This document shows, piece after piece, positions 24,997-38,365 of a stretch of 64,000 bases of DNA (positions are counted from its first letter, which is position 1; every line of letters starts with the position of its first letter). Location of the stretch: NCBI RefSeq assembly GCF_006345805.1, contig NC_042997.1:96162001-96226000 (forward strand), written 5' to 3'. The notes under the pieces were generated by a model. The model was given only the letters and a program-made list of their open reading frames with translations, was not told the origin of the DNA and made no database searches. This DNA is from Octopus sinensis. Taxonomy: Eukaryota. Position numbers and translations under genes: made by a program.

Positions 24997-25315
24997 CAGA
25001 ACTGTATTTTAAATGAAACTACGAGTTTTGGGGGGCTCGTAAGCCATTCCATTTAATTCATTACAAATAATTCATTTTCATATCATATTTTTCGATTTTT
25101 TAAATTTATGTACCCCACGTCCTGTTTTGTAATGTACCCTCTTAATTCGGGCCATCGTGCCTATAATAAAGAATACTGATTTAGGGAAATAATATTTTCC
25201 CTATATATTAGGTATAGAACAAGTGCTCACTTGGCTGTAATCATCCCTTTATGAGGTTAATATATCCTCTAATTAACTTACACACACACACACACGCACA
25301 CACACACATACATAT

Positions 25316-25401
<86 letters not shown>

Positions 25402-25484
25402 CGCGCACACACACATAATACATATATAGTTGATCCCATCAACGGTACAGCCTGCTCGTGAAAATAACGTGAAAATGGTTAAGC

Positions 25485-25537
<53 letters not shown>

Positions 25538-25538
25538 C

Positions 25539-25629
<91 letters not shown>

Positions 25630-25631
<2 letters not shown>

Positions 25632-25719
25632 TCCTCTTCTGATTAAGTTTTATCTATCTAGCTATCTATCAATCTATCTAGCTATCTACCAATCTATCTA
25701 TCTATCTATCTATCTATCT

Positions 25720-25773
<54 letters not shown>

Positions 25774-25835
25774 TGGTAGATAGCTAGATAGATTGATAGA
25801 TAGCTAGGTAGATAAAACTTAATCAGAAGAGGATA
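25630..25835. repeat. Spacerless ~205-bp palindrome centred at 25720/25721
   Basis: atcctcttctgattaagttttatc...tcta|taga...gataaaacttaatcagaagaggat; one mismatch and unequal (TAGA)n counts. Confidence 0.9.
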
Positions 25836-28599
25836 CGTGGCGTTCAATCATATAATAATATATATATACAGGACGTCACGAAACGTGTACAACAAAGAAT
25901 ACGATGCACGAGTACATGGAACATGAACTATTCTTTTCAACAACTGACACAAATGGAAAACAAAACAAACAACATCATCTGTAATGTGCCTTCACGGAAA
26001 CTTAAAACTTTGAAACATAGCTAATTCATGCATCAAGCGATTAGTCAAGAAAATGACTAATTAGTTCAATAATAATAAAATGCGAAATATAGGAAGTACG
26101 TTTATTTTATTGGCGAAATGACCAAACCAAGATACAGCGCACAACACACGCATAAACATAAATACTGTGTGTTTGTACGTAAGTGTGTGTGTGTGTGTGT
26201 GTATGACTGCTTATGCAATAGACGTGTGCATGCGTAATAGACTGCAGGGAAAATCTTTGATGCAATTTGAAAACTGTAAATTCTGCTGGATGTGTTTAAA
26301 ATATAAAATAAAATTCGAGAATCATCTCACACATATTTAAAATTGAAGTATATAAATGTAAGTCTAAGTCCAAGTGGTGAAATGATTGGACATGTTTCAA
26401 TTGTGTTAGACATCATCATTTCATATTTATTTCAGGTGGGATGGCTCAAGTTTGAAACATATATATGGAAATGTAGGGAAAACATTGGCACTGCTTATGA
26501 ATGTTTACAAGAGAGCTGAAGAAATGTATTCAAATAGTGAATAAATTATGATACATACAAAGGTGATAGAATCTCAAAACTAAGTCCAACAAGCCAGCAA
26601 GAATGATAAACTCTATGAAGGTAATAAACCCGATACTTGCGTAGAATGATAATGTAGGTAGGGAAAGGTTTTGTCCGAAACGCTCACAATTTATGCCTCA
26701 CTATTACAGTTAACAAATGACGTAGCGGACTCAATCCAAAGAAATGTCTAAGAAAATTTAATTTGCTGTTTTAATCCTGAAACATGTTAGCAGAAATTTA
26801 GCTAGCAGCATGAATAGTAGTAAGATATTGCTTCTAGACGTTAAATGCTAGATTGATGTTAACCAGGCAGTGCTTTTCTTGTTTGATTACTTTCAAGAAT
26901 GTAAAGAAAAATAATAATTCTTTGAATGATTCAGCGTGTGTGTTAACGAATAAGACCATTTTATCTTTGCAATTTTCGCTTATTTTCCTGTGATATTCTT
27001 TCATACCAACTACGTACTTCTTCGAACTACTAAACTTACTTTCCCGTTTACTTTCTTCGACTAATTTCTTTCATACTACACCTTTACAGCTATCAAAGTA
27101 TCCGAATCACAAAGGGAAACATTTAAAAAGCGTAGTAATTTAAGATATGTAAATTAGTAAAATTTAAAGAATATTTTGGATAAAACTTATATAAAAAATA
27201 ATTGTATCTCCATAAGATTTCTACGCTTAGCTTTGCATTGCTGATATCGTCAGTTAATAAAGAAAACATAATATTTGGGCTAACGACAAACTAAGATACA
27301 TATTTAATATTTTTCTTTTAATTATTCTACCTAACTGCACTCTATATTTTTTGTTTAATATACAGCTAATGTGAAATTACATTTGCTTATACATAGATAT
27401 ATTGACTTTATTGCCAATCATTCTATAATGGGATATAAACATCGAAACACATTTAGTGTTGATAGAGATATGCATATATTGATTTGTAAGATTCATTTCA
27501 GGTGCTATATTGCAAATTAATCATCACTACTTGTGAAATATATTACATTAAATTCGATATTTTAAAATAAAGACTAATAACTTGGCTATCAGAATAATGG
27601 AAGTGGAAGAATGGTTATAAAACGCCGTTACAAGAGATAAGAATATATTTTAATTACAAAATCACAGTGTTCGTTTATATATTTTAATTATGATTAATGA
27701 AACATAATAAATATTTTCCTTAATTACTTACATGACTTCTAGAATATTCATTCGTAAATCTAGCAGAAGATGTTGAATACGTTATCTGTGGCTGTGTAAT
27801 TAAGAAGTTCGCTCCACAACCGCATAGTTTCAGGTTTATTTCCATTGCACGGCAATTTAAGCAAGTCTTAAGCAAGAATCGACTAATGCACTCTGATTGA
27901 ATTTGGTTCGGAGTTACTATATGGATGCGTAGTATATTCTTGTTTATTTGTATATGTTTGTGAGAGCAAATAAGTGTGTATGTGCTTGTAAGGGTCAGTG
28001 TAATTGTCACCTCACAGTTGAACAACCGTTGTTTGTTTAGTTCTCCGTAGTTTGAAGCTTCGCAAGAGGAGATGGCTAAAATAATTACAAGGTATTAAAT
28101 AAGTACTGAGATTGATCTATCTAAAAGAAGCTCTTTAGTGTGGTGGAGCAACATAACAGCAGTACAGTGTGTGGAACTAGTAACTGATTAAGAAAATAAA
28201 GATATTAAGCTGCACGCCTTCCTGTTTAATATTCATATTTAATAAAATAAACAAATCTCTTTTTATATTTATCATAGCATCTTAGAACTAAAATGTTTAC
28301 AATTAGAATTGCAGTTGCAGAGCGAAATGTTTTGTATATATGTATCTACACTAAATTAAACTAGGAGTCATTAAGCAGAATAGATTCATAGATAGAATAT
28401 ATATATGTATATATATATATGTATATGTGTGTACGTATGTATGTATGTATGTATGTATGTATGTATGTATGTATGTATGTATGTATGTATGTATGTATGT
28501 ATACGTATGAATAAAGGTGCAGAAAGAGATAGCTTTGTAGCTGGATAATAAAAAAACTTATCTCTCTCACCAGCTACTGGATGTTAAAAATGCCCTCTG

Positions 28600-29130
28600 A
28601 AATGTTTATTTTCCAGAGAGCGTAATCAAAACAATAACTGAACTGATTTCACTTGGGCCAAGATCTTGAAGTTAAATATAGGGACTGATTCCATATTCAC
28701 AGATAGAATACAGTATGGCAGAATTGTGTTCCAAGGGTATACTCTCTCTGTTATGCTCTTCTTACTTATTCATGTTGAGCAGATTTGATGGGGGTCTCTT
28801 TCTCTCACAAGAAGTACAAACTGTGATACGATGAAAACTTGTAAACTACGCTAGCAGCAACTCCATCATGAATTGGCCGTTCTCTAATATATGATGAGAA
28901 TTTTACAGGTACCTAGGTGGATGAAAACATACCTTACGACGGTACTTGTAAGAAGGAACGTCATCAAGATATATAGCAAGTGTACAAGAAAAATATTGAC
29001 CTCAGAATACTCTGCATGCAATGAAAAACGAGCCTAATTTCCAGTTATAGTAACGATAAAAATACCATGTGCGCTACTTGACTGGACATTTGAGCCATTG
29101 ATGCGAAATCCGAAAGATATTGTCCAGAAA
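28600..29130 (+). pseudogene. Highly decayed R4/Dong-like LINE RT remnant
   Basis: RIVFQGYTLSVMLFLL resembles RGIFQGDSLSPLLF; later YLG- and LDWT-like motifs. Confidence 0.4.
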
Positions 29131-29463
29131 AAGAAAATGTTCACATAATTATCTAAGTGGAGTACTTCTAACTAACGCGAAAGCAAGAAAGGAGACATCT
29201 ATCTAGACTTCTTTTCGTATGTAATATTATATATCATCGGCGACATTTTTAACTATTCGACGAACAAATTGTTTTTTGATCTCAAATGACAGACTTTAAC
29301 TGTTAATGAATCATTATTTGCTTGGCTAGCATCGAATAGTCTAAACGATGAATTACATATTTATTTGTAATATTTTCCTACTGATGGAATATGTATATAT
29401 ATGTATATATGTGTGTATGTGTGTATGTGTGTATATGTATATATATATATAAATATGTAACTA

Positions 29464-29507
<44 letters not shown>

Positions 29508-30013
29508 ATATATATATATATTATATATTCATGTGCACGCGGGCGCATGTTTGCTTGAGAAGAAACTGGTTCACAATCGATGATTCGCTTTGTTAGCTGA
29601 GCGAATGCTGACCAACAGCTTGCTCTGCTATTACTATTTGCCTTACTGGTAGCTATTATAATTATCAGTAAGCCAATGTAAACACTGCATCTCACGCAGC
29701 TTTGCTCTTCTGGCTTACGTCGGCAAATAATTGCATGTTGACAACTTTCCGTTTAATTTAGCAATATTTGGGACAAATTAACTCATGAAAGCGATATATA
29801 TACATCCGAGCGTGTGTGTGAGTGTGTGTGTGTGTGTGAGAGAGTGTGTATGTGTTTGTGTGTGTGTGTGAGTATGTGTGTGTGTAAATATATCTAGCAA
29901 TATCAAACTTGTATTAATTCTACGTTAGAAAAACGAGAACATATTAGTGGTATAAGCGTATCCAGACAATATGGTCACACTGTAGGTGTATGTATGTATG
30001 TGCATCATATATT

Positions 30014-30050
<37 letters not shown>

Positions 30051-30165
30051 TTGTGTATGTATAGATAGATACATATATACATATGTATGTGTGTGCATGT
30101 TTGTGTTTGTGCGTGTGTGCAAATATATATATACACACACACGCGCACACACACACACACACGCG

Positions 30166-30221
<56 letters not shown>

Positions 30222-30772
30222 CACATGCACAGGCTTTTTCCTTTATTTCCATCGTCATTCAAAGAAATATTTGTGTCTCTACAGGCAATCAATGATGTGT
30301 TTATTTAATATTATATAATGATTGACATTCCATTTCTAAGCTGTCAGCTGAAGATTTTAGCGGTAATGACATCTCTCTGTATCGTTCTTTCTATCACCCC
30401 ACACTAGGATTCCATTGACGCTACAGATAAATATCTGCTTCATTAGACCAAGAAATTAATACATAATGTTCTTCCTCGCATTGTTTCGCTTCTTTTAGCC
30501 CGTATATAGACCATCTATGATAACGTTTTGTGCTCAATTCCATTTTCCAGGTAGTCTTTCCAGAGGCACACATACACCCATACACAAAGAAGTCCAACCC
30601 TACCCTTTCTTCTTGACTCCAATTTCTGCAATTATCTATTCACACACGACAGATGCCCAAACGCAAATCTGGAACTACGAATAATACTACTACTGAATAT
30701 CACAGGATAAATCCGAAGTTGGACGAGCCTTATACTGTACAACGTTCTTAATAGAATATAACACAACTATAT

Positions 30773-30803
<31 letters not shown>

Positions 30804-30966
30804 AATAGTTATATAGATAATTATATATGAAATATATATAATATAATAATACATATATAAATATATATATATATATATATAATTATATATATATATAAAC
30901 TTACTTGGATAAGCAAAACGAAGAGAAACTTTCTACCTACCTACCTATCTATCTATCTATCTAAAT

Positions 30967-31037
<71 letters not shown>

Positions 31038-31040
31038 ATT

Positions 31041-31171
<131 letters not shown>

Positions 31172-31190
31172 GTAGAAAGATAGATTGATA

Positions 31191-31691
31191 TCTATATATA
31201 TAAAACTGTAGTTGTGTGAGTGTCTGTCCCCTTCGATTTAGATTCCTGACTACTCCCACATTTCGGGTATCTTATAGTCGTGATTCATATCGAGCCCGTC
31301 TGAGTATTAGCGCGCATCTACGATGAGTCTACGATGAGTCTACGATTTTAAAAATAATTTAACATCATTTTTTATTCCATTTTAATGCATAATTTTTCGT
31401 GTGTCGATGGCGGCGGAGTTGGCGTCCATGGTCACACCTGCACCTGTTTGCTTCTCCCCCTTCTTCCCTCCCTCGTGAAGCTGTGGGGAAGGGAGTGTAA
31501 GGAAATCAACGTCGTAAAGCGTTGTCAAGGGGACCAGCGTTCTTTTAGAACAACGACTTCATGGCTTGAAGACACCAAAACAGAAATGGCTAAGAAAGCC
31601 CGAATTGGCATCTATAAGGGAAGTACCTCTCTAAAAATGCTTATATAGTTATTTCCCTTACAAACCCGAGCAACGCCGAGCGATACTGCTA
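31191..31691 (+). mobile_element. Non-autonomous Helitron family A, long form with a GC-rich insert
   Basis: A|TCtatatatataaaac start; cccgagcaacgccgag hairpin; ends CTAT instead of CTAG. Confidence 0.85.
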
Positions 31692-31703
31692 TTATATATA
31701 TAT

Positions 31704-32078
31704 ATAGCAGTATCGCCCGGCGTTGCTCAGGTTTGTAAGGGAAATAACTATAAAGCATTTTTAGAGAGTTATAGCCAAAAAATAGCCAAAAAATGGAAAA
31801 AAAATGATGGTAAATTTTTTTTTTGAGAGTAAAAAAGGTCGAGTTGCGTCCCCTAGACAGTCTGTGGTTTGTGTTTCTGATTCTCGACCCCATGTCGAAT
31901 TTATCGATTTTTTTCAGAACTGGGGGAACTTTTCTGCGTTAGTTTTGAATTATGACATTGGGCTATGTGTGTGTCAAGTTTCATCAGAATCGGTTGAAAG
32001 CAGTGGTCAGGGTGGGGGTACAACCAAACAGACACACAGAAACACACACAGACAAACTGCCGTTTATATAGAGAGAGA
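31704..32078 (-). mobile_element. Non-autonomous Helitron with the family A 3' end and a different 5' half
   Basis: Minus-strand A|TCtctctctatataaacggcagtttgtctgtg start; 3' ~110 bp shared with 11401 and 31191. Confidence 0.75.
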
Positions 32079-32302
32079 TATATATTCACATATGTATTAT
32101 TTATATTATATATATTTCATATATAATTATCTATATAACTATTTATATATAAATAGGTATGTATATTTAAGATATATATGATGCGCAATATTCTTCTCTC
32201 TCTCTCTCTCTCCCTATATATATACATATATATATTTTGTATCGTCTTCTAAGTGTTTTGCATTCTTGTCCCAGTTTGTATTTTTCTACATATAATAATA
32301 AT

Positions 32303-32384
<82 letters not shown>

Positions 32385-32394
32385 TATATGTAAT

Positions 32395-32449
32395 TATTAT
32401 TATTATTATTAATATCATTATTATTATATTATTATTATTATTATTATTA

Positions 32450-32480
<31 letters not shown>

Positions 32481-32490
32481 ATTATTATTA

Positions 32491-32550
<60 letters not shown>
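32395..32550. repeat. (TAT/AAT)n trinucleotide microsatellite; others at 40480-40590, 57096-57161 and 57524-57630
   Basis: Seen directly. Confidence 0.95.
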
Positions 32551-32551
<1 letters not shown>

Positions 32552-32658
32552 GGAATATTACTTCCGAGTACACAGGAAAAAGACATTCAAATTGGATGTA
32601 CTAAAATGAACAGATCTCAATGTATACTTCGTATATATATAAGTAGTTTTACAGACAG

Positions 32659-34200
32659 AACCACCTTCAACTCAATAAGCAATGGAAGATTTTATACCCG
32701 ACCACTCCATAAAATATTAAATATTAAATATTATACAAACTATATCTATTCTGAATCTCGAACAGATCTCAATGTATACTTCGTATATATGTAAGTAGTT
32801 TTACAGACAGAACCACCTTCAATGAAATATTTTATACCTGACCACTCCATAAAATGTTAGATATTAAATATTATACAAACTATATCTATTCTGAATCCCG
32901 TAATCTTCATTTAAAAGACTACAAGTGCTTCATGAAAGTATGTCAGTATTTATTAGGTACGAGGTATCTAGTTTCAATACCTAATCGTGTCGACATACTC
33001 CCAATCTTCACCTTTGGTTTCCTCAACATTTTACACTACCCTACCTCTTATATACTTCCATGATACTCTATACCTTCAATATAATCTTCCTTAACATATA
33101 CACATGCATAGAAATACAAATAATGTTTCTATTCATTCATATTATTGTCGTCTCTATTTTTATTTCATTAATATTTGGTAATTATTAATTCATTCTTATT
33201 TCATATTTGTTTATTCGCAATTCTTTATTCGTTACTCGTAAATTTTATTCGTAATTTTTATTCGTAATTTCCTCTCTTCAAATTTTTTTCCTAAAATGTT
33301 TATTCGTTAAATGTTTATTCCTTGAATTCTTAATCCTTAAATTTTTACTCTTTATTTTTTTTTAATATTCAGTTATTTTATTTATTACTAGCAGTATCGC
33401 CCGGCGTTGCTCGGGTTTGTAAGGGAAAAAACTATATAAGCATTTTTAGAGAGTTACTTCCCTTATAGATGCCAATTCGGCCTTCTTAGCCATTTCTGTT
33501 TTGGTGTCTTCAAGCCATGAAGTCGTTGTTCTAAAAGAACGCTGGTCTCCTTGACAACGCTTTACGACGTTGATTTCCTTACACTCCCTTCCCCACAGCT
33601 TCACGAGGGAGGGAAGAAGGGGGAGAAGCGAACAGGTGCAGATGTGACCATGGACGCCATCGACACACGAAAAATTATGCATTAAAATGGAATAAAAAAT
33701 GATGTTAAATTATTTTTAAAATCGTAGACCCATCGTAGACACGCGCTAATACTCAGACGGGCTCGATATGAATCACGACTATAAGATACCCGAATTTGGT
33801 TAAACTGCACCGCAAAATGTGGAAGTAGTTAGGAATCTAAATCTAAGGGGACAGACACTCACACAACTACAGTTTTATATATATAGACTTGTATTTCTAT
33901 TCATTTGCATATGTTAAGGAATATTATATTGAAGATATGGAGTATCATGGAAGTATATAAGAGGTAGAGGTAGTGAAAACTGCTGAGGAAACCAGACCTG
34001 AAGATTGGGAGTATGTCGACCCGATTAAGTATTGAAACTAGATAGCTCGTATCTAATCAATACCGACGTAATTTCATGAAACACGTGTAGTCTTATAAAC
34101 GGAAAATACGGGATTCAGAATAGATATAGCTAGTATAATATTTAATATTTAATAATTCATGGAGTGGTCGGGTATAATATCTTTCAGTGTTGATTGAGTT
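32659..34200. mobile_element. Older foldback element, arms ~32659-33123 and ~33889-34200, interrupted by a Helitron
   Basis: Inverted similarity, e.g. atactcccaatcttca/tgaagattgggagtat and ctaccctacctcttatatacttccatgatac/gtatcatggaagtatataagaggtag; the left arm has a ~150-bp tandem duplication (32608-32900). Confidence 0.75.
33388..33887 (-). mobile_element. Non-autonomous Helitron family A, long form
   Basis: Close reverse-complement copy of 31191-31691, with an intact hairpin and CTAG|T 3' end. Confidence 0.9.
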
Positions 34201-35966
34201 ATATATATATATATTGTGCTTTGAAGGTCATTAATCCAAATTGCAGTCGTTTCATCCTCCTAAGAGATAAGTACGTATCCAAATTAGCTTAGCTTTGATT
34301 TGTATTTTAACTTTCCCAATTTAGTAAATACTGTAATAGATAATTTTGACTCTATTTAAATCGTATTGATCTCCAATATTTTCTTCGCACTATGTCATTA
34401 AGTTTTAATTTTGAGATCTATCAATGAATCCAAACTAACAACATTTAAATTCTGATCTTATACTTTCAAACATCTCTGTCAATGAAAGCAATCTGGCTGA
34501 TTTAATGAATATCTCATAACCTTTATACATTAATATTTTATCGATGTATTGATCAATATGATACGTCAGTATTTTTCCTTTGTTTATCAAACAATATATC
34601 TTTGTATTCCGTTAGATAACATCTGCATAATGTTAATTTCATTATAATTATCTCATCTCTCTGCGTTATCTACATTTTTTCTGCCATTATTATTTTGAAT
34701 AATATAATCAGTTAAGTTTCTAAATCATTTATCTGTTATCCCATGCTACTTTAATTGTTGAAAAGACTTGAAAAGAATGTTATAATTATGTTCCTTAAAT
34801 GTTGAATTTATGCTACCACCTACGCAATTGTCGTGAGCACACATAACTAAAAAATGAAGATGTTTTAGTTAATCCACTAACGTATAGTGTGAGAGAGGTA
34901 TTTAAGGAGGTATTGGTAAGTTAATAAAACAAATCTGATGTAGCAGTATTTTAACAAAATTCTTGTGCGTCTGTTACTTCGCTAGTTAGACTTTTCATTT
35001 TTGTCGAAGTATTTTTTCATCGGCAAAAAACCGTAGCATCCCGTGTTCGTGAGATTTTTGAAACATTAGATGCAACATTTTCAGACATGGATTGGACTAT
35101 CTTCGGTACATATTATTCATACCGAGTGTCTTCCTGTCCTACAGTTCCTTTAATACACTCCGGCAGCTGGGGAGCTTTGGTAATATTCCTCAAACATTAT
35201 TGATAATGACTTGAACCCGCTGTATGAATTGCAGTGTCCCTGTAATGACCAAACATTTAGAATATTCTTTTCTTCTTAACTTACTTGAAATGTTCTCACC
35301 AGAGACTTTCAGTTCCATGTGATCATTATGTACAAACTTTTACGCAATAGTTAGCAACGTTAACAATTTCTAAATAGCTGCATTCTATACATATGCCAAC
35401 AATGATTGCGCATGATTTCATTTCTTGTATCAGCATTTTATCTGCTACGGGGAATTGGAATGGAATAACGTCCATTTACTTGGAACATGGAGAGTAATAT
35501 ACTGAAAAGTATCTCCTGAAATACTCACTGACCCCCGCTCTGTATATGCTAAACGGGACTCAGATTCATTTCACGGGGGAACTCTATACATCAATCTTTA
35601 AATATTAATGGTTGTCTCTAAATATAGAGAGAATGCGAAATATTGTAAGCATGCGTATGTAACTTCAAATAAGTGAGTGTCAATTCATACTCTTTACACA
35701 AAACAACCTTTGTTCATAGAGGTATATTCATTTATCAATGCAAGTGGATATATATGTGGTGGGGGTGTATGTGTGTGTATTGTATGTGCACGCGCGCGCG
35801 CGTGTGTGAGTAAGAATGTATGTTAATATGTATGTGCGTATGTATGTACATTAAATGCTCATTGCAGCTCAGCTTCCAGAATAAAACAGACTTCTATGCG
35901 TGTCAATAACTGTATGCAAATATGCATACACATACCAACAGTGACACACACACACACACCTATATG

Positions 35967-36055
<89 letters not shown>

Positions 36056-36849
36056 GAAGCGCCTCATATATTACAGAATATTTAGAACATTATTCATGCA
36101 TTTGAGCACATACCCGTATTGTTGATAATGCAGTTGCTCAGGGAGTACCCCTTCCTGATATATGCACGTTATGTTCTAGACAGGAAATCGGAGTACGTTA
36201 TACGAAAGTTCAGATGATCTCTACAGATAAGCGGGAAAAGTGTTTCTATCATATAAAAATATAACTGTCTCAGGAAATACATGCCATTTTCGGAAGTGAT
36301 GTGCATTGTTATTGTTGTTGTTGTGGTGGCGGGTGTGGGTGTGGGGGGTGTTTAGTAAGAAAATTTTGAACACGTTTGGTTTTGAATAGCTTATCTGCTC
36401 CCTCAGTGCACCTACTATGTATCTGGAGGATTTCATTTTGTAAGTTCACTGTGTGTTTTGTGAGAAATTAAGGCTCCTTTGTGCAAATATTCCCTGCTAC
36501 TCGGAAGAAGTAGGTTCCTGGTCTGTAATTATGAGTAGCATGTGAGCAAATGGAAGAATCGTGTTTCGTCGGTGTGTTTGAAACTGAATGTAGTTGTCAT
36601 CAACCTCAATTTGGAGAAAGTCGAATTTAGCCTGGTCCATACACGTATAGAACAAATTGCAGGTGTCTCAAATACCTCGATTCCTGTTTTTAACTGTTTC
36701 GTGCAGATCATACCTAGCAGGCTGAAATATGATTGTATGCTATTCCATCATAATTTTAGTATGTAGTGCTTATGATGATGGGAAATAGTTCGTTAATGTG
36801 GGAGTAAAAGTTGAAGCATTCGATCTTGATAGTAACGTTTAACAGGAAA

Positions 36850-38030
36850 CTCTATATGCAAGTTCAAGGTACAGCCATTGGCGTCGGTGCGGCTCGAGAT
36901 GGGCCGGCATTTTCCTGGCCTGGTGGGACGGAAACATTAAACAATCAGCAGAACAACGCACAATAGCTTTACTTTACTGTAGGTATGTAGAAGACATTAA
37001 TATTCTAGTTAGAACCAAGTCTAATAACTGTAAGGTAGAAACCTAGATGATGATAATGGAGAGCATCCAGCACGTAGCTAACTCCATCTACCAAATTATC
37101 AAGCTAACTGTAGATTACCCCACTAGGCACCCTCACAATAGACTCCCTGTCTTTGATACTGAACTTTGGTGAGAGACTTGTACAACAGAATGCAGCTCTT
37201 CCACTCCTATTACATGAAACCCATAGTTTCTAAATATGTTGTTCGCAAGAACTCAGATTCATCACATAGCATAACAATCAATAGCAGATTTAGTTAGGAT
37301 AATGAACAATGTGTACCCACAATGAAAACCCTATGAAACAAAGAAATGTGTACTGAACTTCATACACGGCATGTAATTCTCTTGATACGATCAGAAAGAT
37401 AGAGTTCTGGTATACAAGGGAGCTAGAAAGAAGTTAAATAGCATTGTAGGTAATGAAACAAGTGGTACATAACCTAGATGCAGAAGTAAAGACTGGAATA
37501 GGATACAAAGAGTTTGTGACAAAGCAAAGACGGTGAACACGTGGTATTAATGTGTGATGCTTTTAGAGGCAACTGCGCATGGAGAACTAGCCCGAAGATT
37601 TAGAAAAGCACTGAAGGAGGCCAAACTCAAAATTATGTTCGTTGAAAAGCCAGGAGATCCATCAGATCACACCTATGTAGGACGTATCCCTTTGAGAATA
37701 CCACGCGCATCATTGATAACTGCATAGTATGTAAGATTAACTCTGGCATTAGCTGTAGAATTAGAGATGTAGTCTACAGCATAAGCTACATAGAGGGTAC
37801 TTGTAAAGACAAGAGCATGATATACCTAAATGACATATTTCACAACGTGACGTCAAAAGCATTCCTCCATGCTCTACCAACATGTCAAGGACCAACATGG
37901 AGGTGCATAGGGTCAACTTCACATCCGCAATTTATCCAAGCCTCAGAAGAGCCCAAAACTTTAGATAAATACTGGAGTACGCCCTCATAAACGAAGCATC
38001 TCCAGTACTGAATAGGAAATATACGTGGAA
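36850..38030 (+). pseudogene. Penelope-like RT plus linker/GIY-YIG remnant
   Basis: GTAIGVG..AGIFLAWWD (RT motif B), YCRYVEDINI (decayed YVDD), SIYQIIKLTVDYPTRHPHNRLPVFD, YYMKP, SGYDQKDR-like, EATAHGELARRFRKALKEAKLKIMFVEKPG. Confidence 0.75.
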
Positions 38031-38254
38031 TGTAATACACAGTTTATATATACACAGGTAGGGTTGTTATTAAGCTGCTATGTAGACGTACATATGTGTG
38101 TGTGTGTGCAGTTAAATGGATATGTAAGTAAACAGATAGATAAAAAGATGGATAGGTACGTAGGTAATACGGACGGACAAACACACACACACACACACAC
38201 CAACATACACACAAGGACAATATGGACACACACCATACAAACGTATATACATGC

Positions 38255-38365
38255 AAACACAGTGAACACGTGGTACAAGACCGACAAATATCAATGTGTG
38301 ATGCTTGTAGAGACCGCCGCTCATGAAGAACTAGCCCGAAAGAGAAGCTCTGAAGGAGGCCACAC
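38255..38365 (+). repeat. Second partial copy of the Penelope-like linker region (cf. 37530-37630)
   Basis: gtgaacacgtggt..atgtgtgatgctt..gaactagcccgaa..ctgaaggaggcca appears in both. Confidence 0.6.

Noticed and set aside
26436-26550. Acceptor-like tttcAG followed by a short open frame (WDGSSLKHIYG...)
   Set aside because: All frames stop quickly, no donor site and no recognisable protein
26636-26700. tgataa...ccgaaacgctc hammerhead-like spacing
   Set aside because: No convincing stem I or stem II
30300-30720. Faint Gypsy RNase H-like peptides on the minus strand
   Set aside because: Similarity is too weak to support by eye
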